A stretch of 64,000 nucleotides of DNA from Alphaproteobacteria bacterium (GTDB lineage Bacteria; Pseudomonadota; Alphaproteobacteria; CALKHQ01), in the NCBI GenBank assembly GCA_965227515.1, contig CBDDFZ010000001.1:3712001-3776000 (forward strand), written 5' to 3'. Position numbers and translations under genes: made by a program. The notes below the pieces were generated by a model that did no database searches, was not told where the DNA came from, and was given only the letters and a program-made list of their open reading frames with translations. Of the stretch, positions 17,702 through 26,856 are shown in pieces. Position 1 is the stretch's first letter; each line of letters starts with the position of its first letter.

Positions 17702-19810
17702 TCACAGGGAGCCGGCAACATGCGCTGCGTTCCGGAACGCGAGCGCCATGATGGTAAGCACCGGGTTGAACCCGCCATTGGTCGGGTGCAGAGAGGCATC
17801 GCAAACAAACAGGTTGTCGTGGCCCCAAACCCGGCCGTAGCGGTCGGTTACCCCATGCGCCGGATCGGTTCCCATGCGGCAGGTACCGGCCTGGTGCTGG
17901 TAGGCGGACAGACGCCGTGACGGCGTCATCGTCCACGCCCGCCGAGCGCCCGACGCCTCCACCCAGGCCCGCGCCTTGCCGGCGATGAAGTCCACGCTCC
18001 TCATGGTTTCGTCGTGCACCACCCCCGACAGATGCGCCACCGGCAGGCCGTGTCGGTCGCGCACATCGCGGGCGAGCGCCACGCGGCACGTCGGGTCCGG
18101 GATCTCGTGCACCGGCCCCCTGACCTGGAGCACGTGGCGATAGGCCTCGCGCATGAACGTCTTCGCTGGCGCACCCCAGCGCGGCAGATCCGGCGGCAGC
18201 GCGTTGGTCCAGAAACCGATGGGCGTCATGACGAAGTCGTTGGCCAGCATCGCACCGCCGATGACGCCCGGATTGCCGTGATTGTAGGCGCAGGTCGCCA
18301 CGGATGGCCCTGGGCCGACGCAGTCCTCGACCTCCTCGTCGAACAGCCCGAACGCGGTCGGGTAGAGGTGGCCTTGCAGATTGCGCCCGACCAGATCGCG
18401 GTTGTTGCCGAGCCCTTCGGGATCGGTGGCAGTGGCCGAGTTCAGCAGCAGCCGGGCGCTCTCTATGGCGCCGCAGGAAACGACGACGGCGCGGGCCGTT
18501 GCGTAGCGCGCCACTGTCTGGCCCGTCTCGTCGGTTGTGAAGTAGTCCAGGCCGGTGGCCCTGCCCCGCGGGTCTGTCACAATCCGCGCCGCCATCGCGC
18601 CGGTCACCAGGGTACAGCGTCCCGTTGCCAGCGCGCGTGGGATCGCCGTGTTCTGCGTGCCGTTCTTGGCGTCGACCGGGCACGGGAAGCCGACGCAGCT
18701 TGCGCAGCCGACACATGCGGGCCGGCCGGCACGTGGCACGGTGTTGATCGCCAGCGGTGGCGCGAACGCGTCGATGCCGAGTTGCGATGCCCCACGCCGC
18801 AGCACTTCGGTCGCGTTACCGCCTTGCACCGGTGGCATCGGATAGGCGCGATCGCGACGGCCCGGCATTCCACGCGCCGCACCGTCGCCGGCGACCCCGA
18901 TCTCCCATTCCGCGCGCTCGTACCAGCGCGCCAGGTCGTCATAGCCGATCGGCCAGTCGGTCAGCGACGACCCCTCGGGCACCCCGTAGCGTGAGGCCAT
19001 GCGGAAGTCGCCCGGGTGGAACCGCCACGCCAGTGCGCCATAGACCAGTGTGCCGCCGCCGACGCACGAGGCGTTGTTGTGGTAGTCGAACGCGTGCGGT
19101 TGCACGATGCGCTCGCAGCCGTCCGGGGCACGGAACGCGCGCGGATGGCCTTCCAGCGGCGGCCCGGTGTTGTGGCCATATCGGGTCAGGCGGTGGTTGC
19201 GCAGATGGTCGCGGTGGCCGTCAGCACCATGGCCGCGTTCCAGCAGCAGCACCGTCTTTCCGGCCTCCGCTAGCACGCAGGCGACGATGCCACCGGCGGC
19301 CCCTGCCCCGACCACAACGACGTCGTAATCATCGCCGTGTGGGGCGCCAGTTGCACCGAGCGACACGTCGTCAGGCGCGCGAGCGTTTGCGGCGTCGATT
19401 GGCAGCCTTTGGTCATAGCCGATCATCCGCCATGCCAGTGCGCCCGCATTGCCGCCATTGCCCGGATCGGCAAAGGCGCCCTCCGCCACCAGCGCGGTCA
19501 CCGCCTCGAACCACCCGTCGCCCGCGACAGCGCCGAGCAACCGATCCTGCTCGTCCGGACCGAGATCTGTGAACGGCGCACCGTGGGCCCGCCGCGCGGC
19601 AGCGTCGAGCGCGCTCAGGCCGGCCGCAATCAGCGGCACCTGGAACGCCGACTCTCGCCAGAGTTGTCGCGTGACATAGTCATCGGCCCCGACATCGAGC
19701 GCGCCTGGCCCATCGTCCCCGGGCAGAATCCGGCCCGTGACGGCCCTGAGACATGGCCAGTCGGACGCGATACCGGGCGGCGGCGTTGGCTTGGCCGCCG
19801 TGCCGGTCAT
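17702..19810 (-). CDS. GMC flavoprotein with an N-terminal fused gluconate-2-dehydrogenase subunit-3-like domain and an Fe-S Cys motif
   Basis: N-terminal RILPGDDGPGA..FTDLGPDEQDRLL..EGAFADPGNGGN..WRMIGY; then VVVGAGAAG, VGGGTLVYGA, CVGCASCVGFPC, HQAGTCRMG, NPVLTIMALA. Confidence 0.85.
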   Translation of the reverse strand: MTGTAAKPTPPPGIASDWPCLRAVTGRILPGDDGPGALDVGADDYVTRQLWRESAFQVPLIAAGLSALDAAARRAHGAPFTDLGPDEQDRLLGAVAGDGWFEAVTALVAEGAFADPGNGGNAGALAWRMIGYDQRLPIDAANARAPDDVSLGATGAPHGDDYDVVVVGAGAAGGIVACVLAEAGKTVLLLERGHGADGHRDHLRNHRLTRYGHNTGPPLEGHPRAFRAPDGCERIVQPHAFDYHNNASCVGGGTLVYGALAWRFHPGDFRMASRYGVPEGSSLTDWPIGYDDLARWYERAEWEIGVAGDGAARGMPGRRDRAYPMPPVQGGNATEVLRRGASQLGIDAFAPPLAINTVPRAGRPACVGCASCVGFPCPVDAKNGTQNTAIPRALATGRCTLVTGAMAARIVTDPRGRATGLDYFTTDETGQTVARYATARAVVVSCGAIESARLLLNSATATDPEGLGNNRDLVGRNLQGHLYPTAFGLFDEEVEDCVGPGPSVATCAYNHGNPGVIGGAMLANDFVMTPIGFWTNALPPDLPRWGAPAKTFMREAYRHVLQVRGPVHEIPDPTCRVALARDVRDRHGLPVAHLSGVVHDETMRSVDFIAGKARAWVEASGARRAWTMTPSRRLSAYQHQAGTCRMGTDPAHGVTDRYGRVWGHDNLFVCDASLHPTNGGFNPVLTIMALAFRNAAHVAGSL

Positions 19811-19814
19811 CGTC

Positions 19815-21395
19815 TTATGTACGCACCGCGCGGACCGGTTCGGCACCCGTTGCGGTGTCGGGCGAGGCCGCGCCGGCCAGCAATGTCGCGGGATAGGTCG
19901 CGCACTGCGGCGCGACGGAGACCGGGAACGCGATCCGGTCCAGCACATCGGCCTGCAGGTCGATGCCGGGTGCGATGTCGGTCAGCACCAATCCCTCCGC
20001 CGTCAGCGCAAACGTCGCCCGGTCGGTGACCATGGTGACGCGCTTGCCGGCGGCGAGCGCATCGGGACCGCTGAACGTGATCTGCCCCACCCGGTCGACG
20101 AAGCGCTGGATGCGCCCTTCCTGCTCGATGACGATGCCCTGTGCGCCGACGGTCTCGGCGAGCCCGCCGGTGGTCAGCGTGCCGCAGAAGATCAGGTCGT
20201 CGATGCCGTGGGTGATGTTGATGAACCCGCCGCAGCCGGGCAGCATGTCGCCCAGGCGGCTGACGTTGACACATCCCACCCGGTCGACCTCGCCGAACGA
20301 GAGAACCGCCACGTCCGGCCCACCACCCTCGTAGAACTGGAACACTTCGTTCTGGTCCAGGATCAGCTCCGGATGGCGCGCGACGCCGCCGACCTGGGGC
20401 CAACCGCCCATCGGCCCCTGCTCGACGGTGAAGTAGATGTCGTCGCGGCCCATCGCCCGCGCCATTTCCGGCACGTCATACATCGGCAACCCGGCGCCAA
20501 GGTTGACCATCGCGCCGTCGGGCAGGCGCGAGACGACCAGACGGGCGATCAGGTCGCGCGGCAGGTTGCGGTCGGCTGGCGGCGCCAGTGGCGGCCGGCC
20601 GGCACCGGTCAGCACGGCCGCCTGCTCATCCTCCCAAACGTCCGCATTGACGACAACCGTGTCGACGATGGCGCCCGGAATGCGGCCCATACGCGGGTGG
20701 ATGGCGCCGACCGGCACGAACCGGTTGACCTCGGCAATGACCCGGCCGCCGCAGTTGTGCGCCGCCATCGCCAGTTCGATGGTCCCGTGGTCGAACGCCT
20801 CGCGGTCGAAGTAGAGGTTGCCGCGCTCGTCGGCCGCGCTGGCCTTGACCAACGCCACGTCCACCGGCAGGCGCGGATAGTAAATCTGCTCCTCGCCCTC
20901 GATGTCGATGATGCGGCAGATTTCGGTGTCGGCGCGCGGGTTCACCCGCCCGCCCTCGATGCGCGGGTCGACGAAGGTGCCGATGCCGACCGGCGTGGCG
21001 AAACCCCGCCGGCCCGCAGCCGTCGCCCGCAGCCACTGGATCAGCGTGCCCATCGGCACGTTGTAGGCGGCGACCGTGTTGTCGGCGATGGCACGGTTGA
21101 GCTCGTTGGCGGCGGAACGCGAGAAGCTGGAGGTGATGACCCGCGCCATCATCCCCTCGATGGCCAGCCGGTTGAGGCCGGACGCCAGGCCGCCCTTGCC
21201 GGCCCGCGCGCGCTCGATCATCGCCACCGCGACAATCGTCAGGTCGCGCGGACTCCCGTGCTCCAGATATGATGTGGCCAGCGCGTCGATCAGCGCGTTC
21301 GGGACCACGCGGTAGCCGCCACCGGAGACCGCGACGCAGGCGCCGTTGCTGATCTGGCCGACGGCGTCGGCGGGCTCGGAGACGGTGATGCCCAT
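19815..21395 (-). CDS. Family I acyl-CoA:carboxylate CoA-transferase (YdiF/Pct-like, fused alpha-beta)
   Basis: VGIGTFVDPR, ADERGNL, catalytic Glu in TVEQG, GCGGFINI, VTDRATF. Confidence 0.88.
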   Translation of the reverse strand: MGITVSEPADAVGQISNGACVAVSGGGYRVVPNALIDALATSYLEHGSPRDLTIVAVAMIERARAGKGGLASGLNRLAIEGMMARVITSSFSRSAANELNRAIADNTVAAYNVPMGTLIQWLRATAAGRRGFATPVGIGTFVDPRIEGGRVNPRADTEICRIIDIEGEEQIYYPRLPVDVALVKASAADERGNLYFDREAFDHGTIELAMAAHNCGGRVIAEVNRFVPVGAIHPRMGRIPGAIVDTVVVNADVWEDEQAAVLTGAGRPPLAPPADRNLPRDLIARLVVSRLPDGAMVNLGAGLPMYDVPEMARAMGRDDIYFTVEQGPMGGWPQVGGVARHPELILDQNEVFQFYEGGGPDVAVLSFGEVDRVGCVNVSRLGDMLPGCGGFINITHGIDDLIFCGTLTTGGLAETVGAQGIVIEQEGRIQRFVDRVGQITFSGPDALAAGKRVTMVTDRATFALTAEGLVLTDIAPGIDLQADVLDRIAFPVSVAPQCATYPATLLAGAASPDTATGAEPVRAVRT

Positions 21396-21444
21396 GCGTT
21401 AGGTTGCCCTGGACTGCTCTTGAGGTTGGCCGGGATTGTATATA

Positions 21445-21458
21445 TGAAAGCGCTTCCA
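21445..21458. promoter_or_regulatory. Candidate LacI-family operator TGAAAGCGCTTCCA in a divergent promoter region
   Basis: Near-perfect palindrome with AGCGCT core between the divergent genes starting at 21395(-) and 21636(+). Confidence 0.6.
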
Positions 21459-21635
21459 TTCACAACCGCGCGACCCGTCGCCAGGCTGAATTCCGACCAT
21501 TCGATGAACCACGTGCTGAAACCGACCGGCTTCGCTCTCGCATCGGCGGATCAGTATGTGTACCGCTTACATCACGATGCGCCGGGCCTGCCTGCAGACC
21601 CTCACCGCCCGACCTGACCACTGAGGCCGCTTTCA

Positions 21636-22574
21636 ATGCCGCATCCCTTTCAGACCGGTGTCATTCCCGCAATCGTGACGCCATTCGACACCGACGCGTC
21701 CGTCGATTGGAACACCTATGACCGCTACGTCGCCGATGTCGCGGCCGCCGGTCCGACCGCGATCGCGGTCAACATGGCGGCCGGCGAGGCAACGGCGCTG
21801 GAACGCGACGAGCAGATAGAAGCGGTGCGGCGGGCGAAGGCGGCAGTCGCCGGCGCCTGCCCGATCATCACCGGCGTGATCGCGACCCACACTGCCGGAG
21901 CCGTAGCCCACGGCAAGCGGCTGCGCGACGCCGGTGCGCAAGGAGTAGTGCCGTTTCCAATCCTGCCCCAGTTCATGAACAAGCCGCTGCCGGCCGCCAT
22001 GGTGGCCGACTATCACGCCGCCATCGCCGAGGCGACGGCGCTGCCGATGATCGCGTTCCAGACTGCTGTCGCCGCCTACCCCGCCGGTACCGTCGCGCGA
22101 CTGGCCGAGATCGACGGGCTGGTCGCGATCAAGGACGCCGCGTTCGACTTCGACCGCGCATGGGAGCTGCTGGAGGAGGTGCGCCAGACCGGCGGCCGGA
22201 TGACGGTGCTGACCGGCAACGACACTTTCATCCTGGAGGCGCTGCTGATGGGGGCCAGCGGTGCGCTGATCGGCTATGCCGCGACCTTCACCAAGGCGTT
22301 GATGGAGATGCAGGCGCTGGCCGCCGCCGGCCAGGCGACCGAGGCCTACGCCATATGGAACGACCTCGCACCGCTGGCTCGGGTGTGCTGGAGCAGCCCG
22401 CTGCGCGACTACCGCGCGCGAATGAAGTACATCCTGGCCAGGCAGGGCGTGTTTCCGAACTTCATCACCCGGGCGCCGCAGACCCCGGCCAGCGACGAGG
22501 ACCGCGCGGCCATCGACCGGTTGTTCGAGGTCCATGGCCTCGCCGACGCCCGGTTCCTGCCGGCCGGGCACTGA
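21636..22574 (+). CDS. DapA/NAL family protein with atypical catalytic residues
   Basis: GVIPAIVTPF, MAAGE, AIKDA (Lys retained), LTGND; Phe at the usual catalytic Tyr position. Confidence 0.85.
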   Translation: MPHPFQTGVIPAIVTPFDTDASVDWNTYDRYVADVAAAGPTAIAVNMAAGEATALERDEQIEAVRRAKAAVAGACPIITGVIATHTAGAVAHGKRLRDAGAQGVVPFPILPQFMNKPLPAAMVADYHAAIAEATALPMIAFQTAVAAYPAGTVARLAEIDGLVAIKDAAFDFDRAWELLEEVRQTGGRMTVLTGNDTFILEALLMGASGALIGYAATFTKALMEMQALAAAGQATEAYAIWNDLAPLARVCWSSPLRDYRARMKYILARQGVFPNFITRAPQTPASDEDRAAIDRLFEVHGLADARFLPAGH

Positions 22575-22579
22575 CGACG

Positions 22580-23410
22580 ATGGGAACGACGATGCCGGAT
22601 ACCCCCACGAACCAGGATGTGACAACGATCGACCTTGCCGATCGTGTAGTGCTGGAGCGGCCCAGCCGGCACGTGGCGCTGGTGCGGTTCGCCCGCACCG
22701 AGAAGAAGAACGCGCTGCACAGCTCGATGGTGATCGAGCTTGGCCGCATCGTCGCCGCGCTGGAAGATGACGACGATGTCCGCTGCCTCGTCATCACCGG
22801 CGGGGACGAGATGTTTGCGGCCGGCGCCGACATCAAGGAAATGGTCGCGCGCGGGCCGGCCGGCACATCGAACAATCCGAACCGGGTGGAAGCGTGGCGC
22901 CGCATCGAGCGCTTCGCCAAGCCGATGATCGCGGCCGTCAACGGCATCGCCTTCGGCGCCGGCAACGAACTGGCCATGGTGTGCGATTTCATCGTTGCCG
23001 GCAGCAACGCCCAGTTCGGCCAACCCGAGGTCAAGATCGGCGGCATGGCCGGCGACGGCGGCACCCAACGCCTGCCGCGCAAGGTCGGCCCGCAGATGGC
23101 CGCCTACATGCTGTTCACCGGCGACCCCATCGACGCCGACACCGCGCTCCGCCTCGGCATGGTGGTGGAGGTCTGCGCGCCCGACCGCACCATTGCCCGC
23201 GCGGTCGAGATCGCCGAGACCATCGCGACCAGGGCGCCCGTCGCGGTGCGCAACACCAAGGCGTGCATTCGTACCGCCGTGGGAGCCACCCTGGAGAACG
23301 GCATCGCCTTCGAGCGCGATGCGATCTGGCGCAACTCGATGGCTGAGGACCGGCGCGAGGGCATGACCGCGTTCGTCGAGAAGCGCCCGCCGAACTTCAA
23401 GGGGCGGTAG
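22580..23410 (+). CDS. Enoyl-CoA hydratase/isomerase (crotonase)
   Basis: FAAGADIKEM, AVNGIAFGAGNELA, FGQPEVKIG, AFVEKRPPNFKGR; alternative start 22592. Confidence 0.9.
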   Translation: MGTTMPDTPTNQDVTTIDLADRVVLERPSRHVALVRFARTEKKNALHSSMVIELGRIVAALEDDDDVRCLVITGGDEMFAAGADIKEMVARGPAGTSNNPNRVEAWRRIERFAKPMIAAVNGIAFGAGNELAMVCDFIVAGSNAQFGQPEVKIGGMAGDGGTQRLPRKVGPQMAAYMLFTGDPIDADTALRLGMVVEVCAPDRTIARAVEIAETIATRAPVAVRNTKACIRTAVGATLENGIAFERDAIWRNSMAEDRREGMTAFVEKRPPNFKGR

Positions 23411-23554
23411 CCCTCACCCTCCCATCCGGCTGCGCCGGACGGGTCCCTCCCTCTCCCACTCTGCGGGAGAGGGGTTTCAAGCCGCGCGCCATCCCCTCTC
23501 CCCTCGTGGGAGAGGGAGGGGCCCGGCGCCGAAGGCGTCGGGAGGGTGAGGGGC
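23410..23554. repeat. Composite palindromic REP/RPE-like element between convergent genes
   Basis: Outer arms ccctcaccctccc / gggagggtgaggg enclose two CCCTCTCCC..GGGAGAGGG hairpins. Confidence 0.8.
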
Positions 23555-23569
23555 AATAACCGGCGCAAC

Positions 23570-25060
23570 TTATCCTGCCGGATTGAGCTGCATGAACAGC
23601 GACTTGAGCTGGGTGAACTCGTCCACCGAGACCCGGCCGCGTTCGTGGCCCAGCCCGCTGTCGCCGCGCCCGGCAATCGGCATCTCCGGCGTCGCCGCCA
23701 GGAACGCGTTTATCTCCACGGTGCCGACGTTCAGGCGCCGGCCCATCTGCAGCGCACGGTCCAGATCGCGGGTCCACAGCCCGGCCAGCAGGCCATAGCT
23801 GGAATCGTTGGCGATCCGGACGGCTTCGTCGGCGGTCTCGAAGGCAGACACCGTCAGCACCGGCCCGAACACCTCCTCGCGGAAGATGCTCATATCGGAG
23901 CCGACATTGGTGAACACCGTTGGGTTCACGAAGTGGCCGGCGGGCAGATCCGGCCGCAGGCCCATCCGCCAGCGCGTTTCCGCACCGGCCGCCGCACCGT
24001 CGGCGATGTAGCCTTCGACCCGTGCCTTCTGGGCATCGCTGACGACCGGGCCCATGGTGGTCCGCGGGTCGAGCGGGTCGCCGATGTTGAGCTTCGCGAT
24101 CTCGGCGGTGACCGCCTCGACAAACCTGTCGGCAACGGACCTCTCGACCACGAGGCGCGAACCGCTGACGCACGCCTGGCCGGCATTGCGGGTGATGCCG
24201 AGCGCGACCTTCTCGGCGGCGAGCGCTAAGTCGGCATCGGCGAATACGATGTGCGCGCCCTTGCCGCCCAGTTCCAGCGACACCTTCTTCAGCTTCTCGC
24301 CTGATTTGCGCGCGATCAACCGCCCGACCCGCGTCGAGCCGGTAAACGACACCATGTCGACCTCGGGCGACGTGGTCAGGCCCTCGCCGAGATCGGCGCC
24401 GGTGCCGGCAACGATGTTGACCACCCCCGGCGGTAGCCCGGCTTCCGTGATCAACTCGCCCAGCCTGAGCGTCGAGCCGGAGGTGAGTTCGCTCGGCTTG
24501 ACCACGGCGGTGCAGCCGACGGCGAGCGCGAACGGCAGTTTCTGCGAGATGATCAGCAGCGGATAGTTCCATGGCGTGATCATCGAGACGACACCCACCG
24601 GTTCGCGCAGAATCAGGCCCAGCGCGCCGTTGCCGACATTGTCGTAGGTATCGCCGGCCACCTGCCTGGCGAGCGCCGCGGCATACTCCCAGTGCGCGAT
24701 CGCACCGTTGATCTCGCGCTCGACCAGGCCGATCGGCTTGCCGACCTCCAGGCACTCGATGGCACAGAACTCGGCACGGTTGGCGTCGATCAGGCCGGCG
24801 ACCCGTAATAGGGCCTTGGCGCGGTCCGCCGCCGACAACCCGGCCCAGACGCGGTTGTCGGCCGCGCGGCGCGCAGCGGCAATCCCAGCCGACAGGTCTT
24901 CGGCGGTCGCGGTGGGGTAGACGCTGACCGGTTTCAGATGGGCCGGGTTCTCGCGCACGATGGGCGCGCGGTCGCCGGCCGGAATGAACGCGCCATCGAT
25001 CAGCGCCGCGAACGCACGCGGTTCGGTTGGCAGGGCCAGCGGTTGGGCTTCGATTGTCAT
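23570..25060 (-). CDS. NAD(P)-dependent aldehyde dehydrogenase
   Basis: Start MTIEAQPLAL; ITPWNYP, FTGST, LELGGK, catalytic Cys in NAGQACVSGSR, EEVFGP. Confidence 0.92.
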   Translation of the reverse strand: MTIEAQPLALPTEPRAFAALIDGAFIPAGDRAPIVRENPAHLKPVSVYPTATAEDLSAGIAAARRAADNRVWAGLSAADRAKALLRVAGLIDANRAEFCAIECLEVGKPIGLVEREINGAIAHWEYAAALARQVAGDTYDNVGNGALGLILREPVGVVSMITPWNYPLLIISQKLPFALAVGCTAVVKPSELTSGSTLRLGELITEAGLPPGVVNIVAGTGADLGEGLTTSPEVDMVSFTGSTRVGRLIARKSGEKLKKVSLELGGKGAHIVFADADLALAAEKVALGITRNAGQACVSGSRLVVERSVADRFVEAVTAEIAKLNIGDPLDPRTTMGPVVSDAQKARVEGYIADGAAAGAETRWRMGLRPDLPAGHFVNPTVFTNVGSDMSIFREEVFGPVLTVSAFETADEAVRIANDSSYGLLAGLWTRDLDRALQMGRRLNVGTVEINAFLAATPEMPIAGRGDSGLGHERGRVSVDEFTQLKSLFMQLNPAG

Positions 25061-26856
25061 GCTGTCTCCTTGCAAATGCCTGCCTTGACCTTCGCCGCCA
25101 CCGGTGCCGCGTCGGCCTGCTTGAGATCGTGCGCGATCAGGTCCGACATGCGCTCGGCCAGCATGATCGTGGGCAGGTTGATGTTGGCACACGGGATCGA
25201 CGGAAAGGCGGACGCATCGGCGACCCGCAGGCCGGCAACGCCCCTCACCCGGCCCCGCGCATCGAGCACGGCGTCGGGATCGTCGTCGGCGCCCATGCGG
25301 CACGAACACGAGGCGTGCCAAACCCCGACCGCGGCATGCCGAATGAAGTCTTCCAGCGCGGCGTCGTCGGCCAGCAGCCTGTCCATCGGCGCGCCCTCGA
25401 CGATCAGCCGGTCGATCAGCCGGCGGCGCAGCGGTGCTGGCCCATCCAGCAGGCGGGCGAGCACCGATGTCAGCAGCTTGTTGCGCGGCGTGATGGCAGC
25501 GACCTGGCGCACCTTGTCGGAGTAGCTGGCGGGAAACACGTCGGTGACGACGCCCTCCATTGGCGCGGAACGCACGACGCCAGCCAGCATGCGGAACGCC
25601 GACTTCAGGCGTTCCATGTCGCGGCTGTCGCTCAGCAAGTTGAAGTCGACCTTCGGCATGTCGCCCGCGCGCGGCGAGGCGAGCGCCACCGTGCCGTCCT
25701 CGGAGTAGGTCTTGTTGACCCAGATGTTGACGGTCGCAAGTTGGTCGCCGACCGCATGCCACGCCGACTTTGTGGCGATGGAAGCGGCCATGTCGCCCGG
25801 CGGCGCACCGTCGAGCCCCGACGAGAACCTGAGCCCGAGCATCAGGTGCCGGCGGGTGCGCCCGTTGATGCGCGCGTGCGGCAGCACGAAGCCGGCAACG
25901 GCGACGGACGGGTGGTCGGTCAGTCGCCGTCCCACGCCGGGCAGGTCGGCAACGACCGGGATACCCATCGCGCCGGTCTGGTCGGCGGGGCCGATGCCGG
26001 CGCGCAGCAGCATGGCGGGGGTGAAGATCGCGCCGGCGCTCAACACCGTTGTCCGCGCGCGCACGACGCGCTCCGCCCCATCCAGGCGCAGGCGCACGCC
26101 GGTGCAAGTGGTGCCCTCAATGACCAGCCCATCGACCGCGGTCTCGGTCAGCAGGGTCAGGTTTGGGCGGGCACGAACGGTCGAGCCCAGATAGCCGATG
26201 GCGGCGGTGACCCGGCGGTCGAACACATTGGTGATCGCGACCGGGTAGTAGCCGTCGAGAAAGTCGCCATTCTGGTCGGCGATATAGTCGTAGCCGGCCG
26301 CGTCCAGGGCGCGCGCCATGGCATGGGCGTGCTCGGGCCACAGGGGCTGGAACAGGCGCGACACCGCAATCGGCCCCTCCTTGCCGTGCAGCGGGCCGCC
26401 GAAGTCCATGTCGCGTTCCAGCTTGCGAAAATAGGGCAGCACCGCATCCCAATTCCAGCCGTCCGCGCCGCGCGCTTGCCATTCGTCGTAGTCGCCCGGC
26501 GACCCTCGGCCGGCGAGCTGGCCATTGATCGACGAGCCGCCGCCCAGCACACGCGCCTGCTCATATTTGCGTTTCGGTGCGGTCCGGCCTTGCGACACTG
26601 GCTCGGTGGTGGCGCGCAGGTCGTTCCAGATGTAGCCCGGGTTGAGGTAGGCGAAGCCCGCGAAGCTGTCGAGAATGGCTTCGGGCACCTGGCCGGGCGG
26701 CGTGTCCTGGCCGGCCTCGCACAGCAGCACGCGGCAATCAGGGTCCTCGCTCAGGCGGCTCGCCAGCACGCAGCCGGCGGAGCCGCCGCCGACGACAATG
26801 ACATCGAAGGGATCGGCGAGATCCCCCGGTGCGGCTGTATGGCGTTGGTCACCCAT
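25057..26856 (-). CDS. GMC oxidoreductase, 5-hydroxymethylfurfural oxidase (HmfH/HMFO)-like alcohol oxidase
   Basis: VGGGSAG, YEQARVLGGGSSING, DYDEWQARGADGW, GVWHASCSCRMG, ANINLPTIMLAE. Confidence 0.85.
   Translation of the reverse strand: MGDQRHTAAPGDLADPFDVIVVGGGSAGCVLASRLSEDPDCRVLLCEAGQDTPPGQVPEAILDSFAGFAYLNPGYIWNDLRATTEPVSQGRTAPKRKYEQARVLGGGSSINGQLAGRGSPGDYDEWQARGADGWNWDAVLPYFRKLERDMDFGGPLHGKEGPIAVSRLFQPLWPEHAHAMARALDAAGYDYIADQNGDFLDGYYPVAITNVFDRRVTAAIGYLGSTVRARPNLTLLTETAVDGLVIEGTTCTGVRLRLDGAERVVRARTTVLSAGAIFTPAMLLRAGIGPADQTGAMGIPVVADLPGVGRRLTDHPSVAVAGFVLPHARINGRTRRHLMLGLRFSSGLDGAPPGDMAASIATKSAWHAVGDQLATVNIWVNKTYSEDGTVALASPRAGDMPKVDFNLLSDSRDMERLKSAFRMLAGVVRSAPMEGVVTDVFPASYSDKVRQVAAITPRNKLLTSVLARLLDGPAPLRRRLIDRLIVEGAPMDRLLADDAALEDFIRHAAVGVWHASCSCRMGADDDPDAVLDARGRVRGVAGLRVADASAFPSIPCANINLPTIMLAERMSDLIAHDLKQADAAPVAAKVKAGICKETA

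Noticed and set aside
23570-26107. 845-aa ORF suggesting an ALDH fusion
   Set aside because: The N-terminal 349 aa is an off-frame reading of the overlapping GMC gene; the real start is 25060 after a GGAG RBS
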